From: a virus
Lineage: Duplodnaviria; Caudoviricetes
Length of the DNA stretch: 48,387 nt
Strand: one strand, 5' to 3'
Virus record (IMG/VR): IMGVR_UViG_3300032155_000020
Span: 1 to 48,387 of that record
The notes beneath the pieces are model-generated. The model ran no database searches and was not told where the DNA came from. It saw only the letters and a program-made list of their open reading frames with translations. This document shows positions 26,107 through 35,453 of this stretch, in pieces; positions within the stretch are counted from its first letter, which is position 1; the number at the start of each line of letters is the position of its first letter. The position numbers and the translations under genes are program-made.

Positions 26107-26350
26107 GCTGGACGTGAACGGCAGCGAACTGACCTTCAACATGAACCTTGCGGCCTACAACCGCTACCTCAACGAGGTCCAGCCCACCAACAAGGTGGGT
26201 CCGGCGCAGAACCTGTGCATGCGCACCGTGGCGCCGGAGAGCAAGGCGACCTTGCAGGAACTGCTGCAACAGCCCGGCATGGGCGTGATGCTCATGGCGT
26301 CTCTGATTGAAGAGTACATGCCGGACATCAAGATAACGGTGGGAAAGTAG
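26090..26350 (+). CDS. Tail assembly chaperone
   Basis: AAGGAG RBS; YNRYLNE...NKVGPA.N; ends in G GGA AAG TAG. Confidence 0.8.
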   Translation: MDKTIKLDVNGSELTFNMNLAAYNRYLNEVQPTNKVGPAQNLCMRTVAPESKATLQELLQQPGMGVMLMASLIEEYMPDIKITVGK

Positions 26351-26535
26351 AGGCGCGGGCGGCGGCCCTTGCGGAGAACGGCGCGGCGCAACTGGTCGCG
26401 CTGTCCCGCAAGTGGTTCCCCGGTCGCGCGGTGGACGCGGAGGCCATGGCCGAGGCGCTGTGGCTGGAACGGGACCATTGGGAAAAGATGGCGGTGGCCG
26501 TGTGCAACGGCATCGCCAAGGCGTTCAACGGATAG
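26341..26535 (+). CDS. -1 frameshift extension of the tail chaperone (lambda gpGT-like)
   Basis: Slippery GGGAAAG 26341-26347; the -1 frame stays open (VEARAAALAENG...ALWLERDHW...NGIAKAFNG) to TAG 26535. Confidence 0.75.
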   Translation, partial: GKVEARAAALAENGAAQLVALSRKWFPGRAVDAEAMAEALWLERDHWEKMAVAVCNGIAKAFNG

Positions 26536-26546
26536 AGGGGTAGGGC

Positions 26547-28361
26547 ATGGCCACCAGGCTGGAGCGGTTGGAATTCTCCGTCGGGCTGAAGGACCAGGCA
26601 TCGGGCAAGCTGGGCAGGCTGCGCGCCAACATGGATAAGATGACGGGTGCGGTCAGCAAGCAGTTCGGGCAGGCGCGCGACGGCGCGCTGGGTCTGGTGG
26701 GTACGGGCTTTGCCATTCATCAGGCGCTGGCCCCGGCCATCGACCTGAACCGTGCCCTGGGCGAGCTGTCCAGCCTTGGCGTGGAGAACAAGGGGCTGGC
26801 CATGATGGAAGACCAGGCCAAGTCGTTCGCCATGCAGTACGGCGGAACGGCTGCCGCCGTGGTCCGGTCCTCCTACGATATCCAGTCGGCCATTGCCGGG
26901 CTGAACGACGCGGAGCTTGTCGGCATCACCATGCGGTCCGGTGTGCTGGCCAAGGCGACCAAGGCGGAGACGGCCACCATGACCTCGTACATGGGGGTCA
27001 TGTACAACGTGTGGAAGGACCAGGCCGACCGCATGGGCAAGGTCCAGTGGGCGGACAAGATTGCGGGGCAGACGGCGCTGGCCGTCAAGATGTTCCGGAC
27101 GGAAGGCAACAAGTGGTCCGAAGGCGTAAGCGCCCTGGGCGCATCGGCGCAGGCGTTGGGCATCAGTCAGGAGGAATCCTTTGCCGTGCTGGGTGCGGGG
27201 CAGGGAGTGTGGGGTGGCTCGGAGTCGGCCACCAAGTACAGTGCGTTCCTTACCGGGGCGCTGGGGGCGCAGAAGAGGCTGGGGCTTAACTTTTTCAATG
27301 ACGACGGAAGCATGAAAGGCATCGTCGATGTTCTCGGCAAGCTGCGCGCCAAGTTTGGCGACGTGTGGGACGCGGGGGAGAAGCTTCAGATCAAGGAGGC
27401 GTTCGGCAGCGATGAAGCCGTGAAGTTCCTTGACCTGATGCGCGGCAAGACAGGCGAACTGACGGACAACATCGCCGCGCTGACCGCCGTGCAGGACAGT
27501 TCACCGGCGCGGCAGATGGCCGCCAAGATGACTGACATCTGGATGCGCATGGGCGGCGCGGTCAACGTGCTGGGCGCGTCGTTCGGGCAAAAGCTGCTGC
27601 CGCCCATAGAGGCCATCGCCAACAAGGGCGTGGCCGTGGTGAACACGCTGACCCGGTGGGTGGACATTGCCCCTAACCTGGCCCGGTGGGTGGGCTACGG
27701 TGGGCTGGTGGTCATGGCGCTGGCGGGTGGAATGGGGTTGCTGACAACGGTGATTGCCATCAACCGGGTGGCCATGCTGGCGCTGGGCGGCCCGCTGAAG
27801 CCGCTCATCTTTCTGTACAAGCTGCTCAACGCGGAAACGCGGCTGGCCATGCTGGCCCAGTGGAAGCTGAACCTCGCCTTTCTCGCCAACCCGGCCTTTT
27901 GGATAGTGGGCATCATCGTGGTGCTGATCGCTGCCGTGGGGGCGCTGATCTACTGGTGGGACGATCTGAAGGCCGCGTTTCTGGACACGGCGTGGGGCCA
28001 GGCCATCATGCGCACCGTCGAAGCCGTGATGACCCCGTTCCGCGCCCTGGGCGAAACGTGGGACTGGCTGCAACAGAAGCTGGGGCTGGCCACCACGCCC
28101 ACGCCCGCAGCCGTCAGTGCCGCTACGGGCGCGTCGCAGTCGGCCATCGAAAGCACGGCTGCGCAACCCATCGGCCCGCTTTCGTCGCTGGAGCAGGCGC
28201 GGACCCCGTCAGTCCCGGCGGGGGGCGTCCTGCGGTCCACCACCAACCAGATCAACCGGGGCAACAGCAAGCAGGTGAACATCGGCAGCCAGACCTTCAA
28301 CGTGCAGTCGTCGCTTTCGCCGGGAGAACTGGCGGAGCAGATGGCCCTTCAGGCGGGGTAG
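26547..28361 (+). CDS. Tail tape measure protein
   Basis: LEFSVGLKD, SSYDIQSAIAGL, AFGSDEAV; Ala/Gly-rich with hydrophobic helices; follows the chaperone. Confidence 0.92.
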   Translation: MATRLERLEFSVGLKDQASGKLGRLRANMDKMTGAVSKQFGQARDGALGLVGTGFAIHQALAPAIDLNRALGELSSLGVENKGLAMMEDQAKSFAMQYGGTAAAVVRSSYDIQSAIAGLNDAELVGITMRSGVLAKATKAETATMTSYMGVMYNVWKDQADRMGKVQWADKIAGQTALAVKMFRTEGNKWSEGVSALGASAQALGISQEESFAVLGAGQGVWGGSESATKYSAFLTGALGAQKRLGLNFFNDDGSMKGIVDVLGKLRAKFGDVWDAGEKLQIKEAFGSDEAVKFLDLMRGKTGELTDNIAALTAVQDSSPARQMAAKMTDIWMRMGGAVNVLGASFGQKLLPPIEAIANKGVAVVNTLTRWVDIAPNLARWVGYGGLVVMALAGGMGLLTTVIAINRVAMLALGGPLKPLIFLYKLLNAETRLAMLAQWKLNLAFLANPAFWIVGIIVVLIAAVGALIYWWDDLKAAFLDTAWGQAIMRTVEAVMTPFRALGETWDWLQQKLGLATTPTPAAVSAATGASQSAIESTAAQPIGPLSSLEQARTPSVPAGGVLRSTTNQINRGNSKQVNIGSQTFNVQSSLSPGELAEQMALQAG

Positions 28362-28364
28362 ACC

Positions 28365-28688
28365 ATGGCCGACTACATCGACCTGCGCATTTCCAGGGAC
28401 GACGTGACGCTGGACGCCGGGGGGCAGCCCGTGCTGCTCGATGGCCGGGCGTCCATCGCCCAGGACATCCAGCACATGATCCGCGAAAGCGGCCTGCTGG
28501 TGGACATCATCGCCAACCGGGACGCCCGCGCGCGGAGCACAAACCTTGTCCGGATCACCATGGCCGTGGACGACGACGAGCGCATCGTGCCCGGCACCGC
28601 GGTCATCCGAGAATCGGCCCTGGGCGAATACTGGCTGACGGCCACCACCGTGAAATACGGCAGCATCTCGCTGCAACTGGGGGCGTGA
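28365..28688 (+). CDS. Baseplate wedge-like protein (DUF2590-like)
   Basis: YIDLRI, SIAQDIQHMIRESGL, DERIVPGT. Confidence 0.85.
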   Translation: MADYIDLRISRDDVTLDAGGQPVLLDGRASIAQDIQHMIRESGLLVDIIANRDARARSTNLVRITMAVDDDERIVPGTAVIRESALGEYWLTATTVKYGSISLQLGA

Positions 28689-28706
28689 GGTGAGGAGAGG
28701 GGAAGG

Positions 28707-29009
28707 CTACGCGTTGGCCACCTTGATGGGCTGCACGTCCCGCCATTCCGTCCGGGTATTGGCGGTTTCCCACAGGGTGTACGCCTGCTGCATGCCCAGC
28801 CAGAGTTCCGGCGTGGTGTCCAGCGCGCGGGAAAGGCGCAGGGCGATGTCGGGCGTGATGGACGCGCGCTCGTTGACGATGGCCGAGAGCGCCTTGCGCG
28901 AAATGCCCAGGCGCTGCGCCAGTTCGGTGATGGTGATGCCCAGCGGGTCCATGTGCATCCTGAACAGGATTCCCCCAGGGTGCGTGGGCTTTCTGGTGCG
29001 GGTACGCAT
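28707..29009 (-). CDS. higA: HigA-family antitoxin
   Basis: PTHPGGIL, LAQRLGISRKALSAIVN, ITPDIALRL, ELWLGMQ. Confidence 0.93.
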   Translation of the reverse strand: MRTRTRKPTHPGGILFRMHMDPLGITITELAQRLGISRKALSAIVNERASITPDIALRLSRALDTTPELWLGMQQAYTLWETANTRTEWRDVQPIKVANA

Positions 29010-29019
29010 GGCGGTTCTC

Positions 29020-29298
29020 CTAATGATAGTCCTGATAGTCCACGATATGGGCATCGCCGTTTTCGAAGCGGAATGTCAGGCGCCAGTTGCCGGATACCTT
29101 CACGGCCCAATGCCCGGCCAGATTCCCCTTGAGCGGGTGCAGGCCCGAACCGGGAAAGTTCATGTCCCGGACCTCGCGTGCGTTGTCGAGAAGGTCCAGA
29201 ACGTCGAGCAACTTGCGCACATGCTTCTGCTGCACGCCTTTGGTGGTGCCGTCGTAGAAGAGGTCTTCAAGACCCTTGTGCGCGAAGCTGCGAATCAT
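29020..29298 (-). CDS. higB: HigB/RelE-family toxin
   Basis: MIRSFAHKGL, LHPLKG, VSGNWRLTFRF, DYH terminus. Confidence 0.93.
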   Translation of the reverse strand: MIRSFAHKGLEDLFYDGTTKGVQQKHVRKLLDVLDLLDNAREVRDMNFPGSGLHPLKGNLAGHWAVKVSGNWRLTFRFENGDAHIVDYQDYH

Positions 29299-29306
29299 GA
29301 GGTTAC

Positions 29307-29334
29307 TGTAACCATCTTGGTTACACATGGTCAA
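29307..29334 (-). promoter_or_regulatory. higBA promoter/operator
   Basis: Perfect IR TGTAACCA-TCT-TGGTTACA (29307-29325) downstream of minus-strand TTGACC; no RBS before higB, so probably leaderless. Confidence 0.7.
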
Positions 29335-29359
29335 GGGGGAAAGCGAACGGGAGGGGCCA

Positions 29360-30574
29360 ATGGCCATCACCAGCGCCGCGCGTGAACTGTTCACCCTCAT
29401 GCTGCGCGAGGCGGGCATGCCGGTGACGCAGGCCGAGATGCAGCAGCAGTGGGACGCCCTGAACGCGACCGAGGGCAGCCAGATCACCAACAACAGCGCG
29501 TGGTCGCCGTTCTGGCGGCTGATTTCGGCCATCGTCACGGCCCCGGCGCAGTGGCTGGTGGGCCTGCTGGTGGAGCACGCGCTGCCCAACACCTTTCTGC
29601 GGTTCGCCGCAGGCGTCTGGCTGGACGTGTTCGCCTGGGGCGTGGACGTGAAGCGCAAGGCTTCCGCCACGGCCACCGGGGTGGTCACCTTCACGCGGGC
29701 CACGGCCACCGGCGCCTTGACCATACCGGCGGGCACGCTGGTGGAATCGCCCCCCATCAGCGACGTGACCTATCGCGTGGCCACCGTGGCGGAAGCCGTG
29801 ATCCCCGCCGGGCAGTTGTCGCTGGCCGTGCCGGTGCAGGCCGAACAGGCCGGGGCCGCATGGAACCTTGGGCCGGGCTACTATTCCATCCTCACCAAGC
29901 CGGTGCCGGGCATCACGGGCGTGACCAACGGGGCCGACTGGCTGACCTCTCCGGGTGCGGACACCGAGGACGACGAATCGCTGCGGCTGCGGGCGCGCAA
30001 CCAGTTCGCCGCCGTGGGCCAGTACCACCACGACGCGGCGTACCGCGCCCTGATCGCGGAGTTCGCCGGGGTGCGCACCGACTATCTGCACTTCGAGAAG
30101 GACGGGCCGCGCGGGCCGGGCACGGCCAACTGCCATGTGATGGTGGAAAGCGGCATTCCCCCGCAGGAGTTCATCGACACCATCAACACCTACGTGAAGG
30201 CCTCCGGCAACCACGGCCACGGCGACGACATGTTGTGCATGCCCATCGCGGCCATGCCGGTGGCGCTGGTCGTGACGGTGTACCCGGTGACCACGGCCAG
30301 CGCCGCGCGGGCAGAGGCCCTGCGCCAGGCCGTGGAGAACCGGGTGCGCTGCGCGTGGCGCGAGAACGCCGATTTCACCATGACCAGGACACTGCCGCTT
30401 TCGCGGTTCAGCTTCAGCCGCCTGTCGGAAGAGCTGCACGCGGCCTTGCCGGATCTGCAAAGCGTGGAATTCACCCACGACGGCGAGGGCGGTGCCGTGG
30501 GCGCCGACATCGTGGCCCAGCTGCAACTGCCGGTGCTGGGCAGCCTGACCGTATCCCTTGGGGGCGCGGCATGA
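29360..30574 (+). CDS. Baseplate J/gp47-family protein
   Basis: SPFWRLI, YHHDAAYR, PRGPGTAN, GNHGHGDD, SRFSFSRL. Confidence 0.92.
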   Translation: MAITSAARELFTLMLREAGMPVTQAEMQQQWDALNATEGSQITNNSAWSPFWRLISAIVTAPAQWLVGLLVEHALPNTFLRFAAGVWLDVFAWGVDVKRKASATATGVVTFTRATATGALTIPAGTLVESPPISDVTYRVATVAEAVIPAGQLSLAVPVQAEQAGAAWNLGPGYYSILTKPVPGITGVTNGADWLTSPGADTEDDESLRLRARNQFAAVGQYHHDAAYRALIAEFAGVRTDYLHFEKDGPRGPGTANCHVMVESGIPPQEFIDTINTYVKASGNHGHGDDMLCMPIAAMPVALVVTVYPVTTASAARAEALRQAVENRVRCAWRENADFTMTRTLPLSRFSFSRLSEELHAALPDLQSVEFTHDGEGGAVGADIVAQLQLPVLGSLTVSLGGAA

Positions 30575-31191
30575 GTGATCTGCCGCAGCTTGACCAGCCC
30601 AGCCTGCCGTTCTGGATGGGCGGGGAGGAGTGTTCCAAGCTGTCCCGCGCCGCTCATGGCTGGTTCTCGCGCCTGGGCGAATGGGCGGCCTTGCCCGCCC
30701 GGCAGCTGGACCCGCTTACCTGCACCCCCACGGTGCTGGATTTGCTGGCCTGGCAGCGCAACGTCACCACCTATCAGGGGGAGCCGGAGCGGCTGTACCG
30801 CCTGCGCGTGGCCCACGCCTACGCCAACGCCCGCGATGCGGGCAGCGTGGCCGGGTGGGGGCGCATCTTCCAGCGGCTGGAGTTGGGCGGAGTGGCGCTG
30901 GAAGAGCGCGTGGCCGGGCAGGATTGGGATGTGATCGGGGTGGTGGTGGACGACACGGCCTTTCCCGACCAGCAGAACGTGCTGGAAATCATCGTGCAGG
31001 AGTATGGGCGCACCTGCCGCCGTTACCGTTTCATCAGCCGTATCCCGCAGGCCGTGCGCGTTGCCGCCTGCGCCTTTGACGACGATCACGCCACGGTATG
31101 CGCCGTGAGCAACCCCCTCACCCTGGTCACGGCGGGCATGCGCGCCGCCGCGTTCGACAACAGCCACCACACCACGGAGGCCCACGCATGA
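30571..31191 (+). CDS. Baseplate/tail protein I-like
   Basis: LPFWM, DPLTC...LLAWQR, NARDAGS, YGRTCRRY. Confidence 0.88.
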   Translation: MSDLPQLDQPSLPFWMGGEECSKLSRAAHGWFSRLGEWAALPARQLDPLTCTPTVLDLLAWQRNVTTYQGEPERLYRLRVAHAYANARDAGSVAGWGRIFQRLELGGVALEERVAGQDWDVIGVVVDDTAFPDQQNVLEIIVQEYGRTCRRYRFISRIPQAVRVAACAFDDDHATVCAVSNPLTLVTAGMRAAAFDNSHHTTEAHA

Positions 31192-32660
31192 GCGTTACCC
31201 TGACCGCCGCCGGGGAGGCCCTGATTGCCCGCTTGCAGGCGGAAGGCACCCCCCTTGTCATCGACCGGTTCGTCTTCGCGGACGTGCCGGGGCAGGATCA
31301 CACCCAGCCCGCCAACCCTGCCCAAGGCGTGCCCACGGACCACGTGGTGCACGAGTTTCCCATCCCGCAGGAGTACCGGGCCTTCGTCGCCCCCAACCAG
31401 GTGGTGTATTCCGCGCTGCTGGGAAGCGACGTGGGGCCGTTCTCGTTCAACTGGCAGGGCCTGTTCTGCACCCAGCACGCCACGCTGGTGGCCGTGGCCA
31501 CCTTTCCCCGGCTGGAGAAGCGCCGGTACGACCCGGCCACCAACACCCAGGGCAACAACCTGACCCGTAACTTCCTGCTGGAGTTCAGCGGCGCGCGCGA
31601 GCTGACGCAGATCACCGTCGAGGCGGCGGTGTGGCAGCTGGACTTCACGGTGCGCCTGAAGGGCATCGACGAGCGCGAGCGCCTGTCGAACCGGGACATT
31701 TACGGGCGGGCCGCGTTTCTGGACGACGGATGGCTGCTGACCCACACCGGCGGCGCGTACCGGTTCGAGGCCGGGCGCGGCTACGTGGAGGGCATCCGCG
31801 CGGCGTTGCCGGAACCCACGCCCGTGGTGCCCGCAGAGATCCCTTGCGAGGTGTGGCTGGACGTGTCCATGCAGGGGCAGGGGTCGGATGTGGTCACGGT
31901 GGTGACCCCTCTGTGCCTGGCGCCGGGCACGGAATGCCCGGACTACGTGGCAGCCGCGCCGCATAACACCCCCCACTACTGCGAAAAGGTGGCCCGCATC
32001 GAGGCCGACGGCAGCGTGACCGATTTGCGACCGCGCCGCATCGGCTTGGCGCCGGGGCAGTTGGGGGCGGTGACGGTGGAAGAACTGGACGCGGCGCTGG
32101 CCAGCTTCGACATGACCAAAGCCGTTCGGGACATGCTGGCGGGCGGCATCGTGGAATGGGAAAGCGAGACCATCCCGACGCTGCCCGACGGGTTGCCCCT
32201 GGGGCTGGAGCTTAACGGCAACGTGGTGAGCCTGGCGACCTTTCCCCGCCTTTCGCGCAAGTGGTGCGGCGAGGCAAAGAACGCCACGGCACCGGCATGG
32301 TACCGCTGCACGGCAGCCGGGGTGCGCGATGCGGTGGGCGGATACCTGCGGTTACAGGACAGACGGGGCGAGTACCCGCGCGGTTGGGATCACGGGCGCG
32401 GCGTGGATGCCGGGCGTGTGCTGGGCAGCGCCCAGGGCGATGCCATGCGGCGGATTACCGGCAACGTCTACACGGACAGGGCGCAAATATCCGGCGCGGA
32501 TGGTGCCTTCGCCGGTCCCACGTCGTCTGCTCCCGCTGGGGTAAGCGGCACCGCCATGGACATCGGACGGGGATTCTCGTTCGACTCCCAGCGTGTGGTC
32601 CCCACGGCAGCTGAAGTTCGAGTGCGGAGCATCGCCACCATGTACATCGTCCTGGTATAG
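31188..32660 (+). CDS. Tail fibre protein
   Basis: N-terminal VVYSALLGSDVGPFSFNW and WQLDFTVRL.GIDE; C-terminal collar-like DRRGEYPRGWDHGRGVD...GSAQGDAMR.ITG. Confidence 0.88.
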   Translation: MSVTLTAAGEALIARLQAEGTPLVIDRFVFADVPGQDHTQPANPAQGVPTDHVVHEFPIPQEYRAFVAPNQVVYSALLGSDVGPFSFNWQGLFCTQHATLVAVATFPRLEKRRYDPATNTQGNNLTRNFLLEFSGARELTQITVEAAVWQLDFTVRLKGIDERERLSNRDIYGRAAFLDDGWLLTHTGGAYRFEAGRGYVEGIRAALPEPTPVVPAEIPCEVWLDVSMQGQGSDVVTVVTPLCLAPGTECPDYVAAAPHNTPHYCEKVARIEADGSVTDLRPRRIGLAPGQLGAVTVEELDAALASFDMTKAVRDMLAGGIVEWESETIPTLPDGLPLGLELNGNVVSLATFPRLSRKWCGEAKNATAPAWYRCTAAGVRDAVGGYLRLQDRRGEYPRGWDHGRGVDAGRVLGSAQGDAMRRITGNVYTDRAQISGADGAFAGPTSSAPAGVSGTAMDIGRGFSFDSQRVVPTAAEVRVRSIATMYIVLV

Positions 32661-32669
32661 GAGCACGCC

Positions 32670-33233
32670 ATGCCTTTGATTCATATCTACGCCACCGATA
32701 CCCGCGAATACCTGTGCACCGAAGACTGGACCCCGCCGGAGCCGTGGGTGGCCCTGCCCGCTGATGCGGTGTCTGCCGATGCCGTTCCCTTGCCTGAAGA
32801 ACGCGCGGGGTTTGCCCGTGTGCTCACCGTGCAGGCTGACGGCTGGGAATATGCCGAAGACCATCGCGGCGAGAAGGGGTGGCTGCCCGATGGCCAGCCC
32901 CACACCATTGCGGCCTTGGGGGCGTTGCTTGATGGCTGGAGCACCAGCGTCCCTGTGCCTTCGCTGGAAAGCGTGGCCGCCGCCAAGGCACGCGAGATCC
33001 GCACCGGATACGACACCGCCCTCGCGGGCGTGCTGGCCGGGGCGGAAGCGACCGCCACCGGCGTGGCCGTGGGTTCGGCCTTGATGGCCGTCACGGACCC
33101 CGATGGGTTGGAATACCTGGTTGCCCTGCTGACCGCCCGCCGGGTGGAGCTGGAGCAGGCCCTGCTGGCCGCGCAGGCCGACGCAGACCCGGTGGCCGCC
33201 GTGCTGGCCATCGTGGTCAGCTACCCGACGTAG
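32670..33233 (+). CDS. Tail fibre assembly-like protein
   Basis: TREYL, WEYAEDHRG motif; follows the fibre gene. Confidence 0.7.
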   Translation: MPLIHIYATDTREYLCTEDWTPPEPWVALPADAVSADAVPLPEERAGFARVLTVQADGWEYAEDHRGEKGWLPDGQPHTIAALGALLDGWSTSVPVPSLESVAAAKAREIRTGYDTALAGVLAGAEATATGVAVGSALMAVTDPDGLEYLVALLTARRVELEQALLAAQADADPVAAVLAIVVSYPT

Positions 33234-33247
33234 GGAGGGGTGCGGCC

Positions 33248-34204
33248 ATGCTGTGGCAACCCGTGTCGTTCACGCCCCCGGCTAGTATTGGCGCGGTGGG
33301 TGACGGGCTTTCCGGTTCGCTGGGGGCGGTGGGGTCCACCGTGGCCAGCGGCGCGGCGTCTCTTGCCGGGCTGGGCCTGCCGGATGCGCCGCCGCCCTCC
33401 GGAGGGGGGACGGCGGATCTTCGTGGCGAGGCCTCCGGCATGCTGGCCAGCCCGTGCCCGTACATCGCGGTCACGCCGTACCAGCAGGGCGTGGGGCAGC
33501 GCAGGGGCGACCGGGCCTACCTGACGCCGCAGGGGGCCATCAGTGCTGTGGCCGGGCGCATGAGCGAGGCGCAGGACCGCCAGGCCTCCGGCGCGCAGCC
33601 GGACCCGCCGGACCCCACGGAAGAGGACACGGCCATGGTGCTGGTGGTCATTGCCGCCCCGGATGAAGCGGCCTTTGCGGCTTCGCTGGCGCGGTTCAAC
33701 GATGTCTTCCCCATTCTGGAATTGCAGCAGGCGCAGCGGCGTGCCGAAGGGCTGGCGGGGCTGGAACGCGACAAGTTCACCATACCGTCCACGCCCGGCT
33801 ACCCCGCATGGGGGGCATCGTCGCCGCAGCGTGGCGGGCCGGGGCTGGCCACGTCGCGCGCGCTGGGCGGGCAGCTGGCCATGGCGGAAGGGCTTTCCTC
33901 CACCAGCACGTCGCCGGTTGCCCGGCTGGGTGCGTTCGGGTCCAAGCGGCAGGCAGCCCTGACGGCCCGGCAGGCCGACCTCGATGCGTTGCGCGGGTCC
34001 ATGACCGGCAGCGACCCGGGGTGGTTCGGCGTGTACCTGGAAGGGCTGGCCGTGGAACTGGCCAAGCTGCTGGTGAAGTTCGCCCCACCCATGGATGCCG
34101 CGTTCAAGTGCTGTGCGGCAGTGTGCTGGTACGGCACCAAGCAGCAGGTGGCCTACTACAAGGAAGCCTTCGGGCTGGAGAACCCGCTGGAGGGTATCTT
34201 GTGA
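33248..34204 (+). CDS. HP1-type tail/baseplate-associated protein
   Basis: VTPYQQGVG...YLTPQGAI; syntenic with HP1-like distal tail genes. Confidence 0.65.
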   Translation: MLWQPVSFTPPASIGAVGDGLSGSLGAVGSTVASGAASLAGLGLPDAPPPSGGGTADLRGEASGMLASPCPYIAVTPYQQGVGQRRGDRAYLTPQGAISAVAGRMSEAQDRQASGAQPDPPDPTEEDTAMVLVVIAAPDEAAFAASLARFNDVFPILELQQAQRRAEGLAGLERDKFTIPSTPGYPAWGASSPQRGGPGLATSRALGGQLAMAEGLSSTSTSPVARLGAFGSKRQAALTARQADLDALRGSMTGSDPGWFGVYLEGLAVELAKLLVKFAPPMDAAFKCCAAVCWYGTKQQVAYYKEAFGLENPLEGIL

Positions 34205-34767
34205 GCTTTCTGCGCCTTGACGATTTCACCGTGCCGGGCTTCGGCCTGCTTACCTCCATGACCCTGCCCTTCAAGGACGAGGACGCCAGCGGCGACACCA
34301 GCAGCACGTCCAAGGCCAGCAAGGGCACCAAGGCCAAGAAGCTGGAGGCGAAAATATCCATTCGGTTCACGGACGAGGATGATCTGCGCGCCCTGACCCG
34401 CGTGGCCGAGGCCAAGAGCGGCGGCGATGGGCGGGTTTACACCGTCACCAACCGCACGGCCAACGCGGCTGGCATGCGGCAGGGGCGGTTCACCGGCGAC
34501 TTCAAGGCCGAGGAGCAGGAGGAGCGGCGCTGCTGGCTGGTGTCCTTCAGCCTGTCGGAGCACGTGTCCGTTCCGGAGCGGGCCGAGGCGCGCGAACCCG
34601 CCAAGACGGCCACCGCCCAGCAGAACGAGGGGCAGGCAGTGACGCCGCCGGAAGAAGCGGAACCCGCGCAGGAACTGTCGTGGTTCGAGAAGAAGCTGAA
34701 GGCCGCCAGCGATGCGCTGGGCGATTACAAGACGGCGGACGGCACGGGCAGCGAGGCCGGTAAATGA
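34201..34767 (+). CDS. Baseplate complex protein
   Basis: GTG start; DEDASGDTSST, KAKKL, WLVSFSLSEHVSVPER.E.R. Confidence 0.72.
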   Translation: MSFLRLDDFTVPGFGLLTSMTLPFKDEDASGDTSSTSKASKGTKAKKLEAKISIRFTDEDDLRALTRVAEAKSGGDGRVYTVTNRTANAAGMRQGRFTGDFKAEEQEERRCWLVSFSLSEHVSVPERAEAREPAKTATAQQNEGQAVTPPEEAEPAQELSWFEKKLKAASDALGDYKTADGTGSEAGK

Positions 34768-35453
34768 AGCTGCAAAAGCGGTTGACCGTGGCGGGCGCGG
34801 AAGTCCCGCTGGTGAGCGAGGACGTGCGCCTGGATCTGGACCGGCCCGGCAGGGCCGTGTTTCAGGTGCGGGCGGATGCGGCGCTTTCCGGCGAGGTGTC
34901 CTTTGCCATGGGCTGGCATTTCGATGCGGCCCTTACCCTGTTCTTCAGCGGCGACGTGGAGCGGTGCACGCCCGTGGACGGGGCGCAGCAGCGGCTGTTC
35001 TGCCGCGAGGTGTCGGCCCGGCTGGACGTGGCCATTCCGCTGGCGCTGCGCCACCCCACGCTGCACCAGGTGCTGGCCGCCTACGCGCAGGCCGCGCGGG
35101 TGCGCTTCATCGTGCCGGACAGGCCGTATGCCGCTACCCGCGTGCCGTATTTCGGCGCCGTGGGGTCCGGCTTTCACGGCATGGCGCAGTTGGGCCAGGT
35201 CTTCGGCATCGAGGACTACGTGTGGCAGGCGCAGGGCGACGGGCAGGTATTCGTGGGGGCGTGGGCCGATTCTCGCTGGGCCGGGCGCGCGGTGGATCTG
35301 CCCGCCGAAGCATGGGGAAAGACCATGGCCACGGGCGCGCGCACGGTGACGGCCATCCCCGGCTTGCGCCCCGGCGTGGTGCTGGACGGGGGGCGGGTCA
35401 CGTCCGTGCGCTTCGCCGGGCACCAGATGGAGGTCACATGCAGGAAGCCATAA
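34764..35453 (+). CDS. Baseplate hub-like tail protein
   Basis: LDRPGRAVF, LRHPTL, VWQAQGDG.VFVG.W.DS, IPGLRPG. Confidence 0.72.
   Translation: MKLQKRLTVAGAEVPLVSEDVRLDLDRPGRAVFQVRADAALSGEVSFAMGWHFDAALTLFFSGDVERCTPVDGAQQRLFCREVSARLDVAIPLALRHPTLHQVLAAYAQAARVRFIVPDRPYAATRVPYFGAVGSGFHGMAQLGQVFGIEDYVWQAQGDGQVFVGAWADSRWAGRAVDLPAEAWGKTMATGARTVTAIPGLRPGVVLDGGRVTSVRFAGHQMEVTCRKP

Noticed and set aside
31188-33233. Tail-fibre inversion system or diversity-generating retroelement
   Set aside because: No invertase, reverse transcriptase, inverted fibre copy or TR/VR pair seen.
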